Assembly (NCBI GenBank): GCA_964617695.1
Contig: CAZTYW010000002.1
Coordinates: forward strand, 598-64,597
Length of the DNA: 64,000 bases
Direction of reading: 5' to 3'
Source of the DNA: an uncultured Dehalococcoidia bacterium
Lineage (GTDB): Bacteria; Chloroflexota; Dehalococcoidia; UBA2247; RBG-13-53-26
Part shown: positions 56,278 to 64,000 of the stretch, piece by piece
Numbering within the stretch: position 1 is the stretch's first letter
Layout of the letters: each line of letters starts with the position of its first letter
Made by a program: the position numbers and the translations under genes
Notes under the pieces: model-generated
Seen by the model: the letters and a program-made list of their open reading frames with translations, nothing else
Database searches by the model: none
Told to the model about the DNA's origin: nothing

Positions 56278-56973
56278 ATGTCTACTGCAGCTTCACCGGA
56301 GATGGTTACAGAGAAGATAAGGGTTCTCTTGGCTGATGATCATCGCGCCTTCCGCGAAGGATTGAGTCGGCTTCTTGGGGAAGAGAGCGACCTTGAGATT
56401 GTTGCTGTGGTAGGTGACGGTGCGGAGGCTGTTCGGCTCACCAGGGAGATGTCACCCGATGTTGCCATCATAGATATCGCCATGCCTGAGCTGAACGGGA
56501 TCGAGGCAATCCGGCAGATCAAGGCGGCCAGGCCTGAGACGGCTGTCGTAGTGCTGAGTGCCTATGGCTACGAGTCGTACGTGTTGCCTGCCATGGAGGC
56601 TGGAGCGGCTGCCTACCTGCTCAAAACCGTGGGTGTTCGCGACGTCGCTGGCGCTGTCAGAGCTGTGCACGCCGGCCAAACGGTGCTGGATCCGACGGCG
56701 TCTGACAAGGTTCTGACGCGCCTTGCATACGCTACAGGCCGGGTCAAATCGGAAGGCGCGCCGCGGCCGTTGCATCAACGCGAACTGGAGGTGCTTCGTC
56801 TCGGGGCTCAAGGTCTGAGTAACAAGGAAATCGCCAGCAGGCTCGTCATAGGGGAGCGTACTGTCCAGACTCATTTCCGCAATATCCTGCGGAAGCTGGG
56901 CGTTGGTTCACGCACAGAGGCAGTGCTCCACGCCCTGAGGGAGGGTTGGATCGCTCTCGACGATCTGCCCTAG
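56278..56973 (+). CDS. two-component response regulator, NarL/LuxR family
   Basis: Receiver domain (…RVLLADDH…DVAIIDIAMPELNG…) plus C-terminal LuxR-type HTH (…LSNKEIASRL.I.ERTVQTH…). Confidence 0.85.
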   Translation: MSTAASPEMVTEKIRVLLADDHRAFREGLSRLLGEESDLEIVAVVGDGAEAVRLTREMSPDVAIIDIAMPELNGIEAIRQIKAARPETAVVVLSAYGYESYVLPAMEAGAAAYLLKTVGVRDVAGAVRAVHAGQTVLDPTASDKVLTRLAYATGRVKSEGAPRPLHQRELEVLRLGAQGLSNKEIASRLVIGERTVQTHFRNILRKLGVGSRTEAVLHALREGWIALDDLP

Positions 56974-57032
56974 CTGCTGGGCCGTCAAAACAGTGCTGTG
57001 ACGGCTACTTATTGTACTCAGGAGCAAGTTTG

Positions 57033-58862
57033 ATGGAAGTCGCCAACTTTCTTACCGAGCGTTACCAGGAAATCTTTGAGGTCTTCAGCGATGCGGTGGT
57101 CCTTTGGCGGCCGGACGGCAAGATCATCGGTGCGAATGGCGCCATGGCTACCCTCACCGGTTACCCTCCCGGCGAACTTCGAGGAATGAGCGTCGCACAG
57201 TTCCTCACCCCAGACGATTTTGCCCGGCTCGTGGAGGGTCAGCGGCAACAGCTCACGGGGGAAGCCGTGAGCCGGTCCTACGAATCGGGGCTGATAAGGA
57301 AGGACGGCACGCACGTGGTTGGCGAGTGGGCCACCAAGCTGGTGACTCAGCGGGGAAAGCCTCTTGGCGTGCTGGCTGTCATCAAGAACGTCACTGAGCA
57401 GAAGCTGGTGGAAAAAGCCCTCCGCGAAGAGAGGGATAGGGCGCAACGGTATCTCGATGTTGCCGGGGTGGCCATCGACGTAATGGACGCCGGCGGAAAC
57501 ATAATGCTGCTGAACAAGAAGTCCTGCGAGATACTCGGGTACGAAGAGAATGAGATCGTTGGCCAGAACTGGTTTGACAAGATTTCCGTCGACAGGAATA
57601 GAGCCAGGGCAAAGGCGCTTTTCGCCAAGATGATTACCGGTGCGATCGAGCTGGACAAATGCCATGAAAGCCCAGTTGTGACCAAAAGCGGTGAGGAAAG
57701 GATCATGGCGTGGTATAACACCACTCTGCTACGGGATGAGGCGGGTAATGCCATTGGCGTGCTGGGTTCGGGGGAAGATATCACCGAGCGGAAGCAGATG
57801 GAGAAGGCGTTGCGGGACAGCGAGGAGAAATACCGCACGCTCTTCGAGGATTCCAGGGACGCCATCTGTATCCTCACCAGAACTGGCAAAGTCATGCATG
57901 CCAACCAGGTTGCGCTGGACCTGTTTGGTCACACCAGGGATGAAATGATGGGGCTAGACGTTTGGGAGACCCCGGTCTATCCCACTGAGGTGGAACGCTT
58001 TCGGAGTGAAATAGAGCATAGGGGCTTTGTCAGGGACTTCGCCATGAGGCTGCGCAAGAGAGACGGAACCGAGATGGACTGTCTGCTCACTTTCACCATT
58101 TGGCGCAGCGACGACGGGAGCATATCAGGATACGAGGGCAGTATCCGTGACACCACCGAGCACAAACGACTGCAGGAGAATCTTCAGCGCTATGTCACAG
58201 AGGTGACCCGGGCACAGGAGGAGGAACGCAAGCGCATTGCACGGGAATTGCACGACGAGACTATTCAGGATTTGGCCATGCTATCGCTTGACATCGAGGC
58301 CGTGATCAGGGCGAGGAAGCGGTCATCAGACGGCTCTGTCAAGGGGCTACTGCAGATTCAAGAGAAAGTCAACCGCATAGCCGAGGAACTGAGTCGGCTC
58401 AGCCATGCGCTGCGGCCAAACGTCTTGGACCACCTGGGTCTGGTACCGGCGGTGAAGGTGCTCATTGGCGACCTGAGCAAGGCCGGCAACGTTGCCATCG
58501 ACTTGCAGGTGGTTGGCCGGGAGCGGCGTCTGTCACCGGAGGTGGAGTTGGGCCTGTTCCGTATCATCCAGGAAGCCATCAGGAACATCAGGAAGCATTC
58601 GGGGGCGGCGACCGCTGCGGTGACTGTCGAGCTTGACTCTGACAAGGTCAGGGTAACGATCGCTGACGATGGTGATGGGTTCGAACTGCCGAAGAGACTG
58701 GGCGATTTGACCGCCAAGGGCAAGCTGGGGTTGGTCGGGATGCAGGAGCGGGCGCAGTTGTTCGACGGAACCCTTTCAGTCCAGTCCTCGCCGGGCGAGG
58801 GGACCAGGGTGGTGATTGAGGTGGGCAATGCTGCGTCGCCCGTTGCCGTCCACGGTGGCTGA
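57033..58862 (+). CDS. multi-PAS sensor histidine kinase (HisKA_3 + HATPase_c; NarL-partner type)
   Basis: ~610 aa. At least three PAS-like repeats, then H-box …ERKRIARELHDETIQDL…, then an ATPase domain (…RNIRKHSGA…GDGF…GLVGMQERA…). Confidence 0.85.
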   Translation: MEVANFLTERYQEIFEVFSDAVVLWRPDGKIIGANGAMATLTGYPPGELRGMSVAQFLTPDDFARLVEGQRQQLTGEAVSRSYESGLIRKDGTHVVGEWATKLVTQRGKPLGVLAVIKNVTEQKLVEKALREERDRAQRYLDVAGVAIDVMDAGGNIMLLNKKSCEILGYEENEIVGQNWFDKISVDRNRARAKALFAKMITGAIELDKCHESPVVTKSGEERIMAWYNTTLLRDEAGNAIGVLGSGEDITERKQMEKALRDSEEKYRTLFEDSRDAICILTRTGKVMHANQVALDLFGHTRDEMMGLDVWETPVYPTEVERFRSEIEHRGFVRDFAMRLRKRDGTEMDCLLTFTIWRSDDGSISGYEGSIRDTTEHKRLQENLQRYVTEVTRAQEEERKRIARELHDETIQDLAMLSLDIEAVIRARKRSSDGSVKGLLQIQEKVNRIAEELSRLSHALRPNVLDHLGLVPAVKVLIGDLSKAGNVAIDLQVVGRERRLSPEVELGLFRIIQEAIRNIRKHSGAATAAVTVELDSDKVRVTIADDGDGFELPKRLGDLTAKGKLGLVGMQERAQLFDGTLSVQSSPGEGTRVVIEVGNAASPVAVHGG

Positions 58863-58964
58863 CCCGACGGCGACCTTTTGTGTTGCGGTGTGACGTTGAC
58901 TGGCAGGTCTCTCCGACTCTCTGGTTAGGCAGCGGCAGGACCTCAGCAACTTGTGGTCACGGAC

Positions 58965-59744
58965 TCAGGACGCCCGACTGTCCAGTCTCTCCTTCTCCAG
59001 TCTGTCCAGCCACTGCGCTGACTTCAGCTCACGCTCCAGCAGGTATCGCAGGTACCGTTGCATCAGCTGCCGTAGCTCAAGGGAGAGTTCGGGGCCTACC
59101 TTCAGTTGATCAACTGCCGCATGCTCACTTCTTTGAAGGAAGCGGAGCACTTTGAGGGCGTTGACTGAGATAGGATGGAGGACTGATTCCTGGCTGGCGC
59201 AGCCTGGGCAGACGACTCCTCCACCGCTGGGGCTGAAGTAGTTGGCAGCGGGCCTGATGGCGGACTGGCAGACCACACATTGCTCAAGCTGCGGGCGGTA
59301 TCCAAGATGACCCAACAGGTGAAGCTCAAAGTGTCGGAGAACCATGTCCCCATGCCGGGCTCGGCACAGCCAATCAAGTGTATCAACAACCAACCTGAAG
59401 AGAGGGTGGTTCTCCTCCTCTTCCGCGGTGAGTCGATCAACCAGTTCAACCACATAGAGAGCCGAAGAGGTTCGCCACAGGTCATCGCGCAGGCCCAGGA
59501 AGCTATGGATGGTCTGGCTCTGGGTGACGATGTCAAGATTCCTGGACCGGACCAGCATCAACTGGCTGTGGGCGAGCACTTCGACGTGGCCCCCCAATCT
59601 GCTTTTGGGACGCCTGGCTCCCTTGGCCACGGCCCTTACTTTGCCAAGACGTGGCGTGTACAGCGTGAGGATGCAATCGGCCTCACCCAGTTCGGTTTTC
59701 CTGATGACGATCGCTTCGGTGCTGCAGAGCCTGGGTATACTCAC
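58965..59744 (-). CDS. recO: DNA repair protein RecO
   Basis: 259 aa. N-terminal OB fold (…EAIVIRKTELGEADCILTLYT…) and C-terminal zinc motif CxxC…CxxC. Confidence 0.85.
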   Translation of the reverse strand: MSIPRLCSTEAIVIRKTELGEADCILTLYTPRLGKVRAVAKGARRPKSRLGGHVEVLAHSQLMLVRSRNLDIVTQSQTIHSFLGLRDDLWRTSSALYVVELVDRLTAEEEENHPLFRLVVDTLDWLCRARHGDMVLRHFELHLLGHLGYRPQLEQCVVCQSAIRPAANYFSPSGGGVVCPGCASQESVLHPISVNALKVLRFLQRSEHAAVDQLKVGPELSLELRQLMQRYLRYLLERELKSAQWLDRLEKERLDSRAS

Positions 59745-59858
59745 GGCGTCTGAGAATGTCCCTTCAATCCTTCAATCGGGAGAGACTGGCTTCTGGCTTG
59801 TACCCGCCTTCGCCTGGCCTGCGGAGCGCGTGAAGCAGCTCTTCAGGGGAGCCGGAAT

Positions 59859-60470
59859 CTAAATCTCCTGCCTTCCCTCCAGTGCGCGGGTCAAAGTGAC
59901 TTCGTCGGCATATTCCAGGTCGCTGCCAAAGGGAAGTCCCCTGGCCAGTCTGGTGATCTTCACTCCCAGGGGGGCTACCAGGCGCTGAAGGTACATGGCC
60001 GTGGCTTCACCTTCCAGATTGGGGTTTGTGGCTAGAATGAGTTCCTGTACAGACCCGCCCTGAAGACGGTCCAGGAGTTCCCTCATCCTCAGGTTCTCCG
60101 GCCCCACACCGTCCATTGGGGATATGGCGCCATGAAGGACGTGGTACAGGCCATGATACGCGCGGGTCCGCTCCAGCGCCAGGACGTCCAGCGGCTTCTC
60201 CACGACGCAGATTCTGGCACGGTCGCGCTCTTCGTCCTGGCATACAGGACAGGGGTCAACCTCGGTTATGTTCTGGCATGTCGAGCAAAAGACCAGCTTC
60301 TCTTTCACTGCTACGATGGCTTCAGCCAGAGCCCTGGCCTGATCCTCCGGGGTATGCAGCAGGAAGTAGGCCAACCGTTGGGCGTTCTTTGGGCCTATGC
60401 CAGGCAGCTTGTGTAACTCCTCGATCAGGCGTGCCATCGGCTCCGCCACGGGAACGTTGTCAATGCGCAA
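59859..60470 (-). CDS. recR: recombination protein RecR
   Basis: 203 aa. HhH, C4 zinc finger (CSTCQNITEVDPCPVC) and Toprim. Confidence 0.9.
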   Translation of the reverse strand: MRIDNVPVAEPMARLIEELHKLPGIGPKNAQRLAYFLLHTPEDQARALAEAIVAVKEKLVFCSTCQNITEVDPCPVCQDEERDRARICVVEKPLDVLALERTRAYHGLYHVLHGAISPMDGVGPENLRMRELLDRLQGGSVQELILATNPNLEGEATAMYLQRLVAPLGVKITRLARGLPFGSDLEYADEVTLTRALEGRQEI

Positions 60471-60485
60471 AGCTGCACTGCCTCC

Positions 60486-60791
60486 TTACATGAGGCCCGG
60501 GATGTTGAGGCCCCCGGTCAGCGCGCCGAGGCGGTCCTGGGCCAACTCCTGGGCCTTCTTGATGGCTTCGTTTACGGCTGCCAGCACCAGGTCTTCCAGG
60601 AGGCCGATGTCGTCGGGGTCAACCGCGTCAGGAGAGATCTTCACTGACTTGACATTCTGGTGCCCGTCAATGGTGACGGTCACCGCCCCGCCGCCTGCAC
60701 TTCCCTCCACTTCAGTGTTGCCCAACTCCTCCTGTGCCTTGGCCAGCTTTGCTTGCAGTTCCTTCACCTGCCGCATCATTTGCTTGTTCAT
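60486..60791 (-). CDS. ybaB: YbaB/EbfC family nucleoid-associated protein
   Basis: ~101 aa from the internal ATG ([16 protein letters not shown]…). Overlaps the dnaX stop by 4 nt. Confidence 0.85.
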   Translation of the reverse strand: MNKQMMRQVKELQAKLAKAQEELGNTEVEGSAGGGAVTVTIDGHQNVKSVKISPDAVDPDDIGLLEDLVLAAVNEAIKKAQELAQDRLGALTGGLNIPGLM

Positions 60792-62416
60792 TCTGCTCCT
60801 CCTGCCAGATTCGGGTCTTCCTCCACTCTGGTGACCCTGCCGCCCATCTCGAGAGCCGCTTTGACCAGATGTCCTTCCATGACACGTTGCCTGCCCTTCG
60901 GCCGGAGGATGCAACGCACCTTGTTGGGACTGCCGAACTTGTCGGCCAGCTTCTGCTCCACCATTCGGCGATACTTGGTGTCCTCTATCTTGTCTTTGTG
61001 AAAGGGATAGTAGAAAGCCAGCACCAGTGTGTCGTCTTCAACACCCACTGGCTCGCAGGCACTCCTCAAGAAGGCGTCCAGGTTTCCACCGGAGCCGACG
61101 CCTCGCAGGGTGCCCACGAACTCATCCCAATGGGCACGCACGTGTTCCAGCCCGGCGTCTGGTACAGGAAGAGGTGTCCCCTCTTGGGGCAGCTCGGCTT
61201 CCCGGATCTGGGGTGGCTGGACCGTGGCGGTCTCGACACCGGCTGACATAGCTGGCTTGGCGGGAGCACTCTTACCCCTCTCAGGCGCAGGCGGCTTGCC
61301 CCGGAGGCCCGCTTTCTGGGGCAGTGTATCTCTTTCTTCGACCAGAGCACACTCCACCAGTGCAAGTTCCAGCGGCAGGGAGGAGTATTCCCTCGAACGG
61401 AAGTCTATTTGCCCGAAAAGCTTGATCGCTCTCAGGATGTCTTCCATCGAAATCTTTTCGGCCAGATGCTTGACCTCGGCTGCGTCTTCTGAGGCGAGGT
61501 CAAGCGAGGTCTCTGCCCCGGACTTGGCCAGCAACATGTTTCTCAGATACTCTACCAGCCCCCGGTTGAACTGTGGCAGGTCCAGGCCGTCGTTGAGAAC
61601 GCTGTTGATGGTAGCCAGCCCGGCTGCAACGTCCTTGGCGGCTATGTGCTCGACCAGTTCCCTGACTCTGGAGTCGGTGGTGACGCCCAGCATGTCTTCG
61701 ATCTGGTGGACGTCGACCTGGTTTCCGTAATAGACCACCAGTTGCTGCAGCAGGTTCTCGGCGTCGCGGAGGCTGCCAGAAACAGTCCTGGCCACCAGCC
61801 TCAGGCCCTGAGGTTCGATGGAGATACCTTCCTGCTGGCATATGTGCTGCAGTTTGGTGACGACGGCATCGTGGGACAGCCTGCGGAAATCGAACCTCTG
61901 GCAGCGAGACAGGATGGTGGTCAGCAGCTTATGTGGCTCCGTAGTGGCCAGTACGAAGATAGCATGAGGTGGAGGCTCCTCCAGGGTTTTCAGCAGGGCA
62001 TTGGAGGCTGGCTCGGTGAGCATGTGGACTTCATCGATGATGTATACCTTGTACCGGGCAATGTTAGGTGAAAACTTGACCCTCTCACGCAGTTCTCGGA
62101 TGTCGTCGATGCCGCGGTTGCTGGCCGCGTCGACCTCTATGAGGTCCAGGGCTCTCCCCTGGGTGATAGCCTGGCACATGTCGCACTCGTTACACGGCTC
62201 GCCGCTGCCGTTGTTGAGACAGTTGACCGCCTTGGCCAGGATTCGCCCTGTACTGGTCTTGCCTGTGCCTCTGGGACCACAAAACAGGTACGCGTGCGAC
62301 AGCCGTCCTGTTTGCAGCGCATTGCGCAGGGTTTGCGTGACGTGCTCTTGCCCGACTACCTCGGCCAGTGTTTGGGGACGCCACTTACGGTAGAAGACCT
62401 GCGACGTCATCACCAA
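60788..62416 (-). CDS. dnaX: DNA polymerase III subunit gamma/tau
   Basis: 542 aa; …[20 protein letters not shown]… plus zinc module CxxC…C. Confidence 0.9.
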   Translation of the reverse strand: MVMTSQVFYRKWRPQTLAEVVGQEHVTQTLRNALQTGRLSHAYLFCGPRGTGKTSTGRILAKAVNCLNNGSGEPCNECDMCQAITQGRALDLIEVDAASNRGIDDIRELRERVKFSPNIARYKVYIIDEVHMLTEPASNALLKTLEEPPPHAIFVLATTEPHKLLTTILSRCQRFDFRRLSHDAVVTKLQHICQQEGISIEPQGLRLVARTVSGSLRDAENLLQQLVVYYGNQVDVHQIEDMLGVTTDSRVRELVEHIAAKDVAAGLATINSVLNDGLDLPQFNRGLVEYLRNMLLAKSGAETSLDLASEDAAEVKHLAEKISMEDILRAIKLFGQIDFRSREYSSLPLELALVECALVEERDTLPQKAGLRGKPPAPERGKSAPAKPAMSAGVETATVQPPQIREAELPQEGTPLPVPDAGLEHVRAHWDEFVGTLRGVGSGGNLDAFLRSACEPVGVEDDTLVLAFYYPFHKDKIEDTKYRRMVEQKLADKFGSPNKVRCILRPKGRQRVMEGHLVKAALEMGGRVTRVEEDPNLAGGAE

Positions 62417-62940
62417 TCTCCGTTGTCAGTGGTCGTCAAGTTGCCTTCAACTTCGGACAGTATCCGTTGCTCCACTGCCCTGAGTTCACGTTCACGGGCT
62501 GGCTCATCGTGTTCGAAACCCAGGAGGTGAAGCGTGCCGTGGATGACAAGCAGGGCCAGCTCCTTACTGGTGCCATGCTTCCTCTCTTTGGCCTGCTCCA
62601 CGGCTCGTGGATACGACACGATCACTTCTCCCAGGTGCAGGATGCCATCGGGCGGCGCTACAAAACCAGGCAGGTCAGCCTCGGGCCTGCCCTCCGTCAA
62701 AGCAAAGGAGAGCACGTCGGTAGGCTCGTCTATGCCCCGATATCTCCTGTTGAGCTCCTGCACGGTCTCATCATCGGTGATGAGCAAACCCAGTTCCACC
62801 TCAGCCCCGTGACTTTGAACGGAGAGCGAGTGCTCGACCACTTTCTGCAGCCATTCCTGGCTGAGGCATGGTTGGAACTTCTGGTCTATCTGGATTCCCA
62901 GTTTCATGGGCTGCCATAAGTTTAGCCGAAATCGGCTCAC
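62410..62940 (-). CDS. ybeY: rRNA maturation RNase YbeY
   Basis: Zinc motif HGTLHLLGFEH. The start may be the internal ATG at 62905-62907. Confidence 0.85.
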   Translation of the reverse strand: MSRFRLNLWQPMKLGIQIDQKFQPCLSQEWLQKVVEHSLSVQSHGAEVELGLLITDDETVQELNRRYRGIDEPTDVLSFALTEGRPEADLPGFVAPPDGILHLGEVIVSYPRAVEQAKERKHGTSKELALLVIHGTLHLLGFEHDEPARERELRAVEQRILSEVEGNLTTTDNGDW

Positions 62941-63036
62941 CTTGAAAGTAGGGCCGGTGGGCGTCGGCCCTTCGAGGGCGAGATAGAGCCCAAGGGGGGT
63001 GACCCCTTGGGCTGAAGACTGAAGTTACCGTTGCGC

Positions 63037-64000
63037 CTACGGGCGCTGCAGGGTTCGCACTATGTTTCCGGCTTTGTCCCGTATTTTGATTTCCAGGGGC
63101 ATCTGGCCGGGCAGGGTGTGGGTTGCACAGGCGAGACATGGATCATAAGCCCTGAACGCCATCTCAACCATGTTCAGCAGGCCCTCCTTGACCTCCGGAC
63201 CTTTGACGAACCCCATGGCCGCCTTCTTAACCGACAGACAAATCGGAGCCGCGTTGTGCTGTGTGGCCACGATGAGGTTGACCGTGGTGGCTATGCCGTC
63301 GTCATCTGTCTCATAGTGGTGGATCAGCGTTCCGCGAGCCGCCTCAACGCAGCCAATTCCCACCTTCTTCAGCTTGAGGTTCATGTTGCGCGTGTCCCTG
63401 CTGATCAGCATGGGGTCGTTGGCGATCCTTTGCATGTCTTCGGCGGCCTGGAGCGCCTCAATCAACCTTGCCCAGTGGAAGGCCAGCGTGTGGTGACTTG
63501 GCTTGCCGCCGAGTGTGGTAAACATCTCTTGATACTCCGCTTGCGCCAGCGGCGTGGCCATACCTTCGGCTGCGTTCAACCTGGCAAGGGGGCCCACCCG
63601 GTATAACGAGGTGCCGTCGCCTTCGTTGAGACCGTTCCAGCCGATCTTCCTCAGGTGTGTCAACCTGATGTAGGTCCAGGGTTCGACCCACTCACCTACG
63701 TAGTCAACGTACCGGCTTGGATCAAACACCGCATATTCGTTCCCTTTTGGATCAACTACCCTCAGCTTGCCTTCATAGAAGTTCACCTTGTTGTTATCGT
63801 CTACCAGGCCCATGTAGTACGTCTTGAGGCTGTAGGGATCGCTCATGATGAGACCGAGGTACTCGTCGTCGGCCAGAACGACACGCTTGAATAGCTTCAG
63901 GGCGAACCTGGCAAACTCCACTGCATCGTCTGCAGTCTCCCTTATCCATCTGCGCTCGTCGGGGGTGACACGCCTGGAGACTCCTCCGGGGAGGCCGCCT
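63037..64000 (-). CDS. [NiFe]-hydrogenase large subunit, group 3-like (partial; N-terminus beyond window end)
   Basis: C-terminal signature …DPCLACATH followed by a short tail. The frame stays open to position 64000 (upstream translation …GGLPGGVSRRVTPDERRWIRETADDAVEFARFALKL…). Confidence 0.8.
   Translation of the reverse strand, partial: GGLPGGVSRRVTPDERRWIRETADDAVEFARFALKLFKRVVLADDEYLGLIMSDPYSLKTYYMGLVDDNNKVNFYEGKLRVVDPKGNEYAVFDPSRYVDYVGEWVEPWTYIRLTHLRKIGWNGLNEGDGTSLYRVGPLARLNAAEGMATPLAQAEYQEMFTTLGGKPSHHTLAFHWARLIEALQAAEDMQRIANDPMLISRDTRNMNLKLKKVGIGCVEAARGTLIHHYETDDDGIATTVNLIVATQHNAAPICLSVKKAAMGFVKGPEVKEGLLNMVEMAFRAYDPCLACATHTLPGQMPLEIKIRDKAGNIVRTLQRP

Noticed and set aside
1-64000. CRISPR arrays, tRNA/rRNA genes, integrases or transposases
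   Set aside because: I scanned intergenic regions (7452-7800, 12145-12398, 34268-34665, 35449-35933, 47337-47524, 56027-56277 and others) for direct repeats with spacers or for tRNA T-loop (GTTCRANYC) patterns. I found none, and no ORF resembles a recombinase.

Overview
High-GC (~60-65%) bacterial chromosomal segment with GGAGG-type ribosome-binding sites and frequent GTG/TTG start codons. Gene content (group 3 [NiFe]-hydrogenase, glycyl radical enzyme, B12-radical SAM, Firmicutes-style dnaB/dnaD/dnaI primosome) suggests an anaerobe, possibly Chloroflexi-like; I cannot assign taxonomy from sequence alone.

Positions 1-35,000 are mostly housekeeping genes. These include a partial hisS, acyl-CoA dehydrogenase, HIT protein, pyrF, a complete riboflavin operon ribD-ribE-ribBA-ribH with a long 5' leader (candidate FMN riboswitch), folE, thrC, hom, rpsF-ssb-rpsR, glyA, comF, a DUF47-Pit phosphate pair, tilS, a MiaB-like methylthiotransferase, htpX, a dnaB/DnaD-like/tandem DnaI-like primosome cluster, rplI, an M20 amidohydrolase and a crotonase.

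Positions 37,500-58,900 form a contiguous accessory catabolic island. It opens with a self-contained two-gene transcription unit flanked by a terminator, an extended -10 promoter with a palindromic operator-like site, and a second terminator. That unit encodes an 800-aa glycyl radical enzyme (GRE) with no activating enzyme in the window, followed by an amidohydrolase-2 (reversible decarboxylase family) protein.

Downstream lies a ~15 kb minus-strand gene array: Liv-type ABC permeases without ATPase genes, a degenerate AMP-binding protein, nitronate monooxygenase, a flavoprotein, two paralogous HIBADH-like dehydrogenases, an acetone-carboxylase-like alpha/gamma/beta module, a family III CoA-transferase and a substrate-binding lipoprotein. 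A NarL-type response regulator and multi-PAS sensor kinase are divergently adjacent.

The window ends with recO, recR, ybaB, dnaX, ybeY and a partial group-3 [NiFe]-hydrogenase large subunit. No CRISPR arrays, tRNA or rRNA genes, transposases or integrases were recognised. Many long ORFs in the supplied track are antisense artefacts typical of high-GC DNA.
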